Shown: positions 53,535 through 64,000 of the stretch, in pieces
Layout: every line of letters starts with the position of its first letter
Numbering within the stretch: the stretch's first letter is position 1
NCBI RefSeq assembly: GCF_964213995.1
Contig: NC_135816.1
Location: forward strand, 7,750,001 to 7,814,000
Direction: 5' to 3'
Length of the DNA: 64,000 nucleotides
Source of the DNA: Mustelus asterias
Lineage: Eukaryota
The notes under the pieces: generated by a model
Told to the model about the DNA's origin: nothing
Databases searched by the model: none
What the model saw: only the letters and a program-made list of their open reading frames with translations
Made by a program: the position numbers and the translations under genes

Positions 53535-53770
53535 TGTGTTAACCTGTGTTTAATGCTCCCTCCACCCACATTGTCTGTATCTTTAAGACCTGGTTGGCTG
53601 TAGGGATTCGCATTCTAATCAGTATTCTGTAACTTGATTTTGTGTCTGTGCCCTGTTTGAGAGCACATTTCCACTCCATCTGACGAAGGAGCAGCGCTCC
53701 GAAAGCTAATGGTATTTGCTACCAAATAAACCTGTTGGACTTTAACCTGGCATTGTTAAAACAGTTACTG
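53535..53770 (+). mobile_element. Penelope-type/retrozyme-like 3' repeat with 12-bp TSD
   Basis: Flanked by AAGTCGCAAAGC at 53523-53534 and 53771-53782; contains a hammerhead core and AATAAA. Confidence 0.65.
53676..53712 (+). ncRNA. Minimal type I hammerhead ribozyme motif
   Basis: Stem I CCAT(53676-79)/ATGG(53709-12); core CTGACGA (53680-86) plus an extra A; stem II GGAGC-AGC-GCTCC; GAA followed by palindromic AGCT as stem III; predicted cut after A53708. Confidence 0.6.
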
Positions 53771-53879
53771 AAGTCGCAAAGCACCAGTGGACTTCAGCTC
53801 GATATTTTCCCCATACTAGCATTCTGAAACTTCTGGCAATAAAGTTTATGTCAGGACTTTCCCCTTAAAATTTCGTTCT

Positions 53880-56600
53880 AATAAGACCGTAAGACGATAA
53901 GATATAGGAACAGGAGTAGGCCATTCGGCCACTTGAGCCTACTCTGCCAATTAATAGGATCAGGGCTGGCATTCCTTGCATCCACTTTCCTGCCCTTTTC
54001 CCATAAGCCCTGATTCTCTTACCGATCAAAGATATATCTATCCCAGCGTTAAGAAACATAGAAACATAGAAAAACTACAGCACAAAACAGGCCCCTCGGC
54101 CCCACAAGTTGTGCCGAACATATCCCTACCTTTTAGGCCTACCTCCCACCCTCCATCCTATTAAGTCCCATTCACTCATCCAGGAGTCTCTTAAAAGACC
54201 CTATTGAGTTTGCCTCCACCACCACTGACGGCAGCCGATTCCACTCGCCCACCACCCTCTGTGTGAAAAACTTCTCCCCAAACATTTCCTCTGTACCTAC
54301 CCCCCAGCACCTTAAACCTGTGTCCTCTCGTAGCAGCCATTTCCACCCTGGGAAAAAGCCTCTGAAAGTCCACCCTATTTATGCCTCTCAACATCTTATA
54401 TACCTCTATTAGGTCTCCTCTCATCCTACGTCTCTCCAGGGAGAAAAGACGAGCTCCCTCAGCCTATCCTCATAAGGCATGCCACTCAATCCAGGTAACA
54501 TCCTTGTAAATCTCCTCTGCACCCTTTCAATCTTTTCCACATCCTTCCTGTAATGAGGCGACCAGAACTGAACACAGTACTCCAAGTGGGGTCTGACGAG
54601 GGTCTTATATAGCTGCATCATTATCCCCGGACTACTAAACTCAATCCCTCGATTGATAAAGGCCAGCACACCATACGCCTTCTTAACCACCTCCTCCACC
54701 TGCGGGGCCGATTTTAGAGTCCTATGGACCCGGACCCCAAGGTCCTTCTGATCCTCTGCAGTATGAAGAGTCTTTCCTTTTATATTGTACTCCTTCATCC
54801 CATTTGACCTGCCAAAATGGACCACTACGCATTTATCTGGGTTGAAGTCCATCTGCCACTTGTCCACCCAGTCTTGCATCCTATCTATGTCCCTCTGTAA
54901 CTTCTGACATCCCTCCAGACTATCCACAACCCCACCAACCTTCGTGTCGTCGGCAAACTTACCAACCCATCCCTCCACTTCCTCATCCAGGTCATTTATG
55001 AAAATGACAAACAGCCAGGGTTCCAGAACAGACCCCTGGGGCACACCACTGGTGACCGAACTCCATTTAGAAAAAGACCCATCTATACACACTCTCTGCC
55101 TCCTTTGGGCAAGCCAGCTCTGGATCCACAGGGCAGCAGGCCCTTGGATCCCATGCCCTCTCACTTTTTCTAGAAGCCTTGCATGGGAGACCTTATCGAA
55201 TAGACTAGACTCAGTCCCCACAGATTTCTGTTGCAAGGAGTTCCAAAAACTCACAACTCTCTTAGTGAAGAAATTCCTCCTCATCTCAGTCTTAAATTCG
55301 TGCCTTTTTACTCTGAAACTATGCCCTCTGGTCCTTGACTCTCCCATGAGGGGGAACATCATCTGGCATTTGCACTGTTAAGCTCCTTATGAATCCTATA
55401 TGTTTTAAAGTGATCACCTCGCATTCTTCTGAATTCAAATGAATAGTGTCCCAACCTATTTAACCATTCTTCAAAAGACAATCCCTCCATACTGAGGATT
55501 ATCCTGGTGAACGTTTCTTGAACTGTCCCCAATGAGATAATGTGCAGCAAGACTTCCCTACTCTTATACTACAACCTCCTTGACAGATTTACAGATGCAG
55601 CAAGACTTCCCTACTCTTATACTACAACCTTCTTGAAATAAGCGTCAACATTCCACTCGCCTTCCTGCACCTTTGTGCTCTTTCCGTGTTTCGTGCACAA
55701 GTACCTCGAAATCTCCGTGTTGTCGTTTTCTGCAGATTTCTCCATTTAAATAATACACTGTTATTTTGCTTTCCTTGCAAATTGAAGAAGTTCACATTTT
55801 TCCATGTGATGCTCCGTTTGCCAGTATTTGCCAACTTACTTAACCTATTGATATCTGTATGTAAACTGTTCGTATCTCTGTCGCATTTTGCCTTTCCATC
55901 TATTTTGTGTCATCTGAAAATTTGGCTGCCAGACATTTGCTTCCTTCCTCCAAGTAAATAAAAGATATTATAAACAGTTGCAATCCGAGCACTGGTCCCT
56001 CTGAAACCCCACTGATTAGAGGTTGCAACCTGAAAAAGAATCTCTTATCTGCACTCGCTGCTTCCTTCCCATTAACCAAATCTCTATGCATGTCAAAATA
56101 CTACCTCCAACACGATGGGTTCTTATCTTAAGATGGGTTCAGTACAGTGGTACAGTGGTTAGCACTGCTGCCTCACAGCGCCAGGGACACGGGTTCAATT
56201 CCGGCCTTGGGTCACAATGTGAAGACTGCATATTCTCCCCATGTCTGCGTGGGTTTCCTCCGGGTGCACTGGTTTCCTCCCACTGTCCAAAGATGTGCAG
56301 GTTGGGTGGATTGGCGATGCTAAATTGACATTAGTGTCCGGGGGATTAGCTAAAGTAAATATGTAGGTTTACGAGAATGAGGCTTGGATGGGATTGTCGT
56401 CGCTGCAGACTTGATGGGCTGAATGGCCTCCTTCTGCACTGTAGAGATTTTATGATTAACTTAACTTCTTGTAATGTACCTTGTTGAACGTCTTTTGCAA
56501 GTCCAAATACAACTTGTTCACCATGTAGCCACTCTGGTCCAGACTGCCTCAAAACACTCCAATAAATTAGTCAGAACCATTTCCCTTTCATGAAGCCATG
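53880..56600 (-). mobile_element. Older CR1-like LINE with a younger CR1 (~54050-55200) and an HE1-like SINE (+, ~56135-56455) nested inside
   Basis: ORF 54421..55362 is a chimera of two CR1 copies; tails (AGAAACAT)n at ~54052 and ataagaccgtaagac at ~53881; KFSDDTK at 55900..56091. Confidence 0.85.
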
Positions 56601-56854
56601 TTGATTCAGTTTGTTTAGATTATGATTTCCCAAATGTGCTGCTATCACTTCCTCAGCAGTTCAAAAACCTGTTCTTCTGTGAAGCGATTACTTCTATCAA
56701 TTCCTCCAAGGCATTGGATTCAGACTAACAAGCATCACAGCCCATTCAATATCTCGTCGTGCGAAATAGCTAAAGTGGGTCATTGCAAACTCGAGCCTAG
56801 ATTTCATGTTCATTTTAGTAAAACAACAAAATCTCAGATTTAAACAATTAGATA

Positions 56855-57205
56855 GGAGAGGCGTTGGCAAAGCGGCATTGCCACTGACTAGTAGTGAATT
56901 AATGCATTATAATGCTCTCGTGATGTGAGCCCAAATCTCACGATGGTGCAATTTGAATTCAATAAACATCTGAAATTAAAGGTCTAATAATGACTATGAA
57001 ACCATTGTCGATTGTCGTAAAAACCCATCTGGTTACCTGATGCCCTTACCTGGTCTGACCTTCACCTTGTTGCATACACACAACAATGCTGTTGACTCTT
57101 AACTGCCCTCAGAAGTGGCAGAGCAAGCTACTCAGTTCAAGGGTAAATTGGGGTGGGCAATAAATGCTGGTCTCGGCAGTGATGTGCACATCACATAAAC
57201 CACAA
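56855..57205 (+). mobile_element. tRNA-derived SINE (same family as 5857-6205)
   Basis: Shared body aatttgaattcaataa..gaaaccattgtcgattgtcgtaaaaacccatctgg and tail gggcaataaatgctgg. Confidence 0.65.
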
Positions 57206-58489
57206 ATAATAAAATATAAGCATGTCATGATCAGATTGCTCTGCCTCGCTTTATCCAATTTTGCTCATTTTTAAAATCAAAACTGCAAGCATCTTATGTA
57301 AATAGTTCAGAGCATTTCATTTCTGAACTGTGCTATTCTCCTAAAATAGTCTCATAGTTAATTTTCTGAGTGTCATCATTACCAAACCCACTTATAGTAT
57401 TATTAAAATGCATGTCTAATTAGTTTTCAAGATTATCAGTTAGTCTTCTGTTGATTACATCTGACATAATATTGATATTCCTCTTGGCATCGTTGTTGTT
57501 TGTAGTGGCAGGGAACAGGTGGAACACTAGCTGCTGATGCTAGCCATATTGTGGAGAAGATTACAGTGAGCTATCACATTGCGTTTTAAGTGAAGAGATT
57601 AGAAGATCTCTGATAGTTGGGAATACATTTATCTACTCCTACAGTAAGTGTTTGATATTGAATGCCTTTGAGCAGATGGTACACAATTACCAATGGTTGT
57701 CTTACTTCACAATACTGGCTCGAATGTGACACTCCTTTGATTATGCCACTCATCGTGGCTACTGTGTTTGTGTGTAACATCCTTCTACAGCTATAAATCA
57801 ATTCTTGGAAGATGAGGTTAATTCACTCAATGAAATGATCAAGAATTGTATACCAGAGTTGTGCTATGATCGACCTGCGTTTCATTAATGGTTGGCATTG
57901 CACAAAATGAAAAATGATTAAATACTCTAAAGCTAATATCACTCTTCTCCCAATGCGCACACCAACGAAGCATGGTCAAATTAAATACAATTTCTTGAAA
58001 TTATTTGGAATTGAATACCAAACCTTGGGAGTCACATTTATTGCAATTTATACCACCATGCAGCATAAAATCAACACTGCACTCAACAGCTAAATGAATC
58101 GTTAAGTATACTTACACACCTATACTGTTCTGGTGGTAAATATGCATTTAATCACTATTTTTCTGTTTCTTTCTCAATTAATTCATACATAGTTTTCCAA
58201 AATACAACTGGTTGACGCGAGGACGCAAATTTCTGCTGCAGGAAGTCACTGAAACAATTTGCCAAAATTGAAATGAATGCAGATGACAACACAACATTCA
58301 TCCAAAAACAAGTTTTAGAATGCGTGATCCTTCCTTCAGTGATGGTCTATCACGTTTTCTCCTCTCTCTGCAGCCCCTCTACGGAAATAGGTGTTGTAAC
58401 ACAATAAATAGCGCAAACGGGAACAATAGGCTTCAAGGAACATTGCGAGTTTAAAGCGTGGGCAAGATGCTGCGATTGAGCTCAGTATG

Positions 58490-58870
58490 GGAAAATAGCA
58501 GGTCAACCTTGCCTCAGTTCGTAGCATTTTCGCTTTCAATTACTGGATTTCGACTTCATGTAGTCTCCAGGGCTCAAGGACAAAAATCAAGGCTGGCGCT
58601 CCATTGCAGTACTCAGAGGGTCTGTACTGTTAGAGGTGCTGTCTTTCGGATGAAACTTTAAACCAAAGCAACCTTCGGTTACTTGAGTGGAAGCCTGGTC
58701 TCCTGACCAATATTTATCCCTCAATTTACATCACATATGCAGATTATCTGGTCATTCTTGCACTACTATTGGTCGGGATTTGCTGTGCGTAATTTGGTTG
58801 ATGCGCGTCCGACAGTGCACGGTTCTTCATTGGCTTACGTACTTTATCGCGTCTGGTGGTTCTCAAAATG
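58490..58870 (+). mobile_element. Deu-domain SINE (SacSINE1/AmnSINE1-like)
   Basis: ggctggcgctccattgcagtactcagaggg..gaggtgctgtctttcggatga..taaacc and tgaccaatatttatccctcaa..agattatctggtcatt match the Deu-domain pattern as I recall it. Confidence 0.6.
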
Positions 58871-58919
58871 ATTTTATGAACACAATTATTTTTCATTTAA
58901 TTTTGGGGATATGAATGAG

Positions 58920-59600
58920 CAGAGATTTAAAAGTCCAGTACGGACATCATTAAAAGCGAGCGTACTGCTTTAAAAACAACAGTGAACACTTTGAAAATGT
59001 GATCACTATCTCAAAAGGCCTGATATACTAACAGTGGATGGCGCGTTAAAGCTTTATAGAGCTCAGGTGAGTCGCCGTGTGGAGAATTACATTCAGTTGA
59101 GGGCACCACACTTCAGGAGGCATATGTTGGTTTTGGAGTGGGCTCACTGCAGATTCACGAGTATGATGCCGAGTCTAAAGCAGTTATCAATACCGACTGT
59201 GTCAATAAATTTACTATTCACTTGTAAAGAAAATATTAAGGGATGGTCTAAATGAAGTGCTTAAGACAGCTAGTGGCTTTTAAAGTTTAGAGAGAAGTTA
59301 TTTCTCTGGCACGAGAATCAAGCAGAAAGGGCATAACCTGACAAAGTAGAGCCAGAGAATTGAAGTGATGCCAGTGTGCAGTCGCTCACACAAAGTAGGA
59401 ATCAAGACTGGATCACTGAAAAGCTGATGTGGATTCTAAACTTAAATTGCCAATGCTAAAATTGGTATATTTTTATAGTACAAAAGACTTGAGGGCAATG
59501 GAAGCAAGGCAGCTAATTGAAGTTAAGATATCCAACTGAAATGTTCTAATTGAAGTAATGTACAGGTTCAAGATGCTGAACGGTTTTCACTGGTCCCCAC
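58920..59600 (+). mobile_element. Old degenerate CR1-like LINE 3' fragment
   Basis: LKLYRAQV..ENYIQLRAPHFRR..LEWAHCRFTSMMP (59034..59255). Confidence 0.6.
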
Positions 59601-60173
59601 GTTCATCGCATTTTTTCTGACAATCGTATCCACAATACTATGCTTATTTTAGTACTCTGAATGTTTTCTTTCTTCTAAATGTCATGCATGTATCCATTAC
59701 ACATTCCTCTTCCCAAATTCAGAGCAACTGCATCACCACCTCAAGTAATTCTCATGCAGAGTTTTAAGAGTTGCAAAACATTTTGATTATTTCAGTCTCT
59801 TTGCTATGGCAACCTACGATAATGGAATCCCGGAGGGTTCTGGCCTGATAATTAACTCAGCTATTCCTTTCTCTTCAAAGTCTCACTTTTGTGCAATGAC
59901 CCTTAGCATTTCACCCAGAATTCTCAGTTTAGAACTGGATGGAACCTTGATCAAGTGTCATTACTTTGAACTGAAATAGAAAAACAAATTTAGATTTGGG
60001 ATATAAACCATATCCGATATCCCTCTGCCATCAACTAGGACATGCCAGAACCTGGAATGACAATACTTCAGAAGATATCAGAGTCATTAAAGCAAATGGT
60101 CATTGGGAATAGCGAATTCGTGTCTGGACACCAAAAACAAATGCAAATGTTTTAGGCATTAAGGTCAGCTCAC

Positions 60174-62630
60174 CTCACTATTTATGGTATTTTTGCAGTT
60201 GACATTTCGTAGCATTTCTTCATCTCCACTCATGACGTTATTCTTGGAGCTGGATGACCGATACTTGTTAGAAAATATGGCGTCTCTCTTGGCTGTGCCT
60301 GAAGATGAGCACGAGTCATAGCGAAAACTTTGGGAAAGTGGATCGCCCCCAAATACTTCAACATAGTTCGGAACTATTTCAAGATTTCTGCTAGCTTTTT
60401 GAACTCCATTCATGGAATTTCGTCCGTTGAGGCAACAGCAAGTATTTCGAAAACCATTTTGTGCACCAAATATGTTCCTGTTATTTTTAAGCTTAAGGGC
60501 GAGAATAATTAAAACGACGAGGAAAATTGAAGAGGTTATCCCTAACGATATAACTAAGAAAAAACTGATGTCACTAACAGAACCAGAATCCTCAGACAGA
60601 ATGCTCACGTCAGAAAGCATTTCCGTATCACCCTCTGTCAGTGATAAGATGATTGTCATTGTGGCTGAAAGCGGAGGTGAACCGTTGTCTTTTGCAGCAA
60701 TAACCAACCTTTGCCTGGTGGCATCTTTGCTCATAATGCCTCGGGTGGTCCAGATTTCACCTGTATCTGGTGACATGGTAAAAAGTCCCGGTTCAGTAGC
60801 CTGACGAATCTCGTAAGTGAGGCGTGCGTTTTGACCAGAGTCGACATCTGTGGCCGACACCTTGGCAACTAGATAGCCTGGTTCTGCAAATCGAGATACA
60901 ATCTCTGTTACTGTAGATCCATATTCGGGCAATGGATGTACGATAACAGGAGCATTATCATTCTGGTCAAGAATTACCAACTCTACTGTGACGGTGCTGG
61001 ATAGTGACGGGACTCCAGAGTCCGTAACCTGAACTTCAAACTGAAAACTTTTGAGTCTTTCATAGTCAAACGACCTTTGAGAAATTATAGTTCCCTTTTC
61101 TGATTGCATATGGACGTAACTAAATACTGACTGATCCTGTACTTGCGTCGGTTGTATGGAATAGTTTAGTCGAGAGTTCTGGTTTAAATCTGGATCAAAA
61201 GCGGTCACTGAAAATATAGACGTTCCAATAACATTGTTCTCCATCACATAGGCTGTATATAAAGGTCGCGAAAAGCGTGGCGTGTTGTCATTTATATCCG
61301 AAACCTCCACCAGGATCACTTTCTGTGAGGTGAGAGGAGGAGATCCTGAATCACTGCACAGAACTGTGACTTCATATCTGGAGACATTTTCCCGATCAAG
61401 TCCCTGTTTTGTACGCAATGTTAAGTACTTCTTGGATGATGAATCCAGTTGAAAGGGAACGTTTTCTGCGGTTTTACATTTTACCTGCCCATTTTCTCCT
61501 GAATCTTTGTCTGTTGCACTGATTAGAGCTACAACTGTCCCGGGCACGGCATCTTCGGTAACTGGACTGAACAACGTAGAAACAGTCACCTCTGGGGCGT
61601 TATCATTGATATCCACAATATGAAGCAGCACATGACAATAAGCAGGGACTGCATAAGGTCCCTTGTCCATTGCTTGCACATTAAGCTCGAAACGCTTGTT
61701 CTCCTCATAGTTTAAATTGCCCCTGATTCTGATTTCACCAGTTTTAGAATCCAGACTGAACAACTCACGGACTCTACCGGAGGCATGGTTACTAAAAGAG
61801 TACAGAATCTCCCCATTTGGACCGGCATCCAAATCAGTGGCATTTATCTTTATTACCAATGCTCCTTTGGGTGCGCTTTCTGAAAGACTGATGTTGTAAA
61901 CCGACTGCGAGAAGACAGGAGTGTTATCATTTGCATCTTTTACACTGATTATTATCTCGGCACTTCCGGATCGTTCCGGGACCCCTCCGTCTTTGGCGAT
62001 CAACACTAACCTGTGACTGGATATCTTTTCTCTGTCAAGTGACATTTTTAGCACTAACACAGGCATGTCGTCATTCCCATTTCGACTCTCAACATTTAAA
62101 GTGAAGTACTGGTTGGCATCCAGCTGATACGACTGGAGGGAGTTGGTTCCTACGTCTGGGTCGTTGGCACGCTGAAGGGCGTAGCGAGTTCCCGGTGAGG
62201 CCCCTTCGAAAATTTCAATGCGGAATTGTTTTTTTGGAAAAATCGGTGCGTTATCATTTACATCGAGAATTTCCACTTCAACATCGTAGAGGCTGAAAGG
62301 CTTTTCGATCACAGTTTCCAAAGATACAGGACACGTTTCACTCGACCCACACAGCTGTTCTCTATCTATATATTCCTTCACAGATAAAATACCATTGTTC
62401 AAATTTAGGTCGAAATACTGTTTCCTGGGCCCGGGAACGATCCGAAAACTGCGAGCCGCGAGCTCCTTCACATTTAAACCCAAATCATCTGCGATATTCC
62501 CAACAAAGGCGCCCAGTTGCAGCTCTTCCGGAATCGAATAGCGAATCTGACAAGAAATCAGATCCCACAAGCAGAATGCACAGTGCAACAGTGACCATTT
62601 TAACAGCCAGTGTCGTTGATAATATCTCAT
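60174..62630 (-). CDS. Clustered protocadherin variable exon 6
   Basis: ORF 60165..62723. Paralogue-conserved ATG (MRYY) at 62630, plus an upstream in-frame ATG at 62666 (MALRS); donor GAG|GTGAGC at 60174/60173. Confidence 0.95.
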
Positions 62631-62885
62631 TTCCAGCACAAAGCATCCCAATGATCTCAGCGCCATGGACAATTCATTCGAATAAATATATGATCCCTGA
62701 TCGAAGTAGTAGATTTCACCCAAACACTTGTGCGGTCTAAAATCTTGACATTATTTCTTTGTCGATCTCCTTATTGATGCGAATCATCAGCACTGATTTA
62801 AAGCGCAACAGCTCTTAAAAAGCAGCCGCGGCCCCAGCTTTCACAATGAACCGTGGCGACAACTGCGCAATGGTGCTTGGGAAGG

Positions 62886-63044
62886 GAAGGGGGCCGCCTC
62901 GATCACTGGGCACTTTGCAGCTTTTCATTGGTGGATGGAAAAATGGTCACAGGCATCCAATCAGGTTTTTGAGCATTCCTTAAAGCTAGGATGTCTCGAA
63001 AGATCATTGCGTTGATTGTGCATTTTTGGTTGTACAATCAAAAA
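62886..63044 (-). promoter_or_regulatory. Conserved variable-exon promoter cassette (exon 6)
   Basis: GAAGGGGGCCGCCTCGATC 62886, ATTGG 62927, CCAAT 62957, CTTAAAGC 62979, ATTTTTGGTTGTACAATCAAAA 63022. Confidence 0.75.
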
Positions 63045-63479
63045 TGTAATACACCAAATGAATTCAAAATTTGCATGGTTTACATTTCTCTGTTAATCTA
63101 TTCTCTCATACGAACAAATAACATATTCATCATTGGGGCCAAATACCCAGAAATGCCCGAAATAAACCTGAATTGGTGTTTCGTAGACGGGGAGTCTGGG
63201 TTATCCATTGTAGGCTTGGTGTCGGAAACGATAAGAAACGTTTACATGTAATCGTTTAAAATTTCGCAACACCGGGGACGAACAAGGAAACCACACCCAC
63301 TCCGATGGTAATAGTATAATGCCAAAAATGATGCTGAAAACTAGAAACAAATACCTTGGCTCCAAGTTAAGCTTGATGTTGGCAACACCTTTTCACTCTG
63401 CTGTAAATCGAAATATGAACGTCCACTGATTGAAATATTTTTGCCTTAACTAAAACGGTAGGACTGTATACTGTCATCG

Positions 63480-64000
63480 AATTATAGAATCATACAGCGC
63501 AGAAGAGGACCTTCGGCCCTTCGAATCCGCACGAACACATCAGAAACACCTGAACTTACACCCATTCCCATCTGCCAGCACTTGGCCCATGGTCCTGAAT
63601 TTTATGATGCGCCAAGTGTTCATCCAGATACTTCATAAAGGATGTGAGGCAACCGGCCTCTACAACCCTCACCACCCGCTGGATAAAAAAAAAACTTTTT
63701 CACACATCCCAACGAAACTTCCTGCCCCTCACCTTGAACCTATGTCCCCTTGTGACTGATCCTTCAACTCAGGGAAACAGTTGCTCTTTATCCACTCTGT
63801 CCATGTCTCCCATAACCTTGTACACCTCGATCAGGTCGCCCATCAATCTTCTCTGCTCCAACAAAAACAGAGCAAGCCTCTGCAACCTCTCTTCATAACT
63901 TAAAATTTCCATCCCAGGTAGCGTCCTGGTGAATTTCCTCTGCACCCCCTCCAGTGCAATAACATCCTCCCGATAATGTGGCGACCAGAACTGCACACAT
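63480..64000 (-). mobile_element. CR1-like LINE 3' end, truncated by the window edge
   Basis: ORF 63769..63996 QFWSPHYREDVIALEGVQRKFTR..GDLIEVYK. Confidence 0.88.

Noticed and set aside
54421-55362. 313-aa RT-like ORF with the C-terminal motif placed before the RT core
   Set aside because: Chance in-frame junction of two nested CR1 copies at ~55200, not a permuted gene.
55543-55635. 53-bp-period tandem duplication
   Set aside because: Two copies inside an old CR1; no array or spacer structure.

Overview
Eukaryotic (vertebrate) DNA, very likely from a shark or other elasmobranch, judged from HE1-like V-SINEs, HER1/CR1 LINEs and a Deu-domain SINE. The window lies inside a clustered protocadherin (cPcdh) locus. 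Six intact, tandem, minus-strand variable exons (~2.45 kb each: signal peptide, EC1-EC6, TM, variable cytoplasmic domain) all end at a phase-0 AG|GTGAG donor; the constant exons are not in the window and would lie below coordinate 1. Features not visible in the ORF track: (1) two decayed extra variable exons (~24.7-29.1 kb and ~39.8-40.6 kb) and possible further relics; (2) a rigidly spaced promoter cassette ~280-420 bp upstream of every intact exon (G-box, inverted CCAAT pair, CTTAAAGC, distal module) without an obvious mammalian CGCT/CTCF element; (3) an out-of-frame upstream ATG exactly 16 nt before the start codon in all six intact exons, changed to AGG in both relics; (4) a 20-nt synonymously invariant stretch in EC1; (5) mosaic paralogue identity suggesting gene conversion; (6) minimal hammerhead ribozyme motifs in Penelope-type repeats; (7) nested CR1 insertions inside a split inverted-repeat element. 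All alignments were made by eye and repeat boundaries are approximate.
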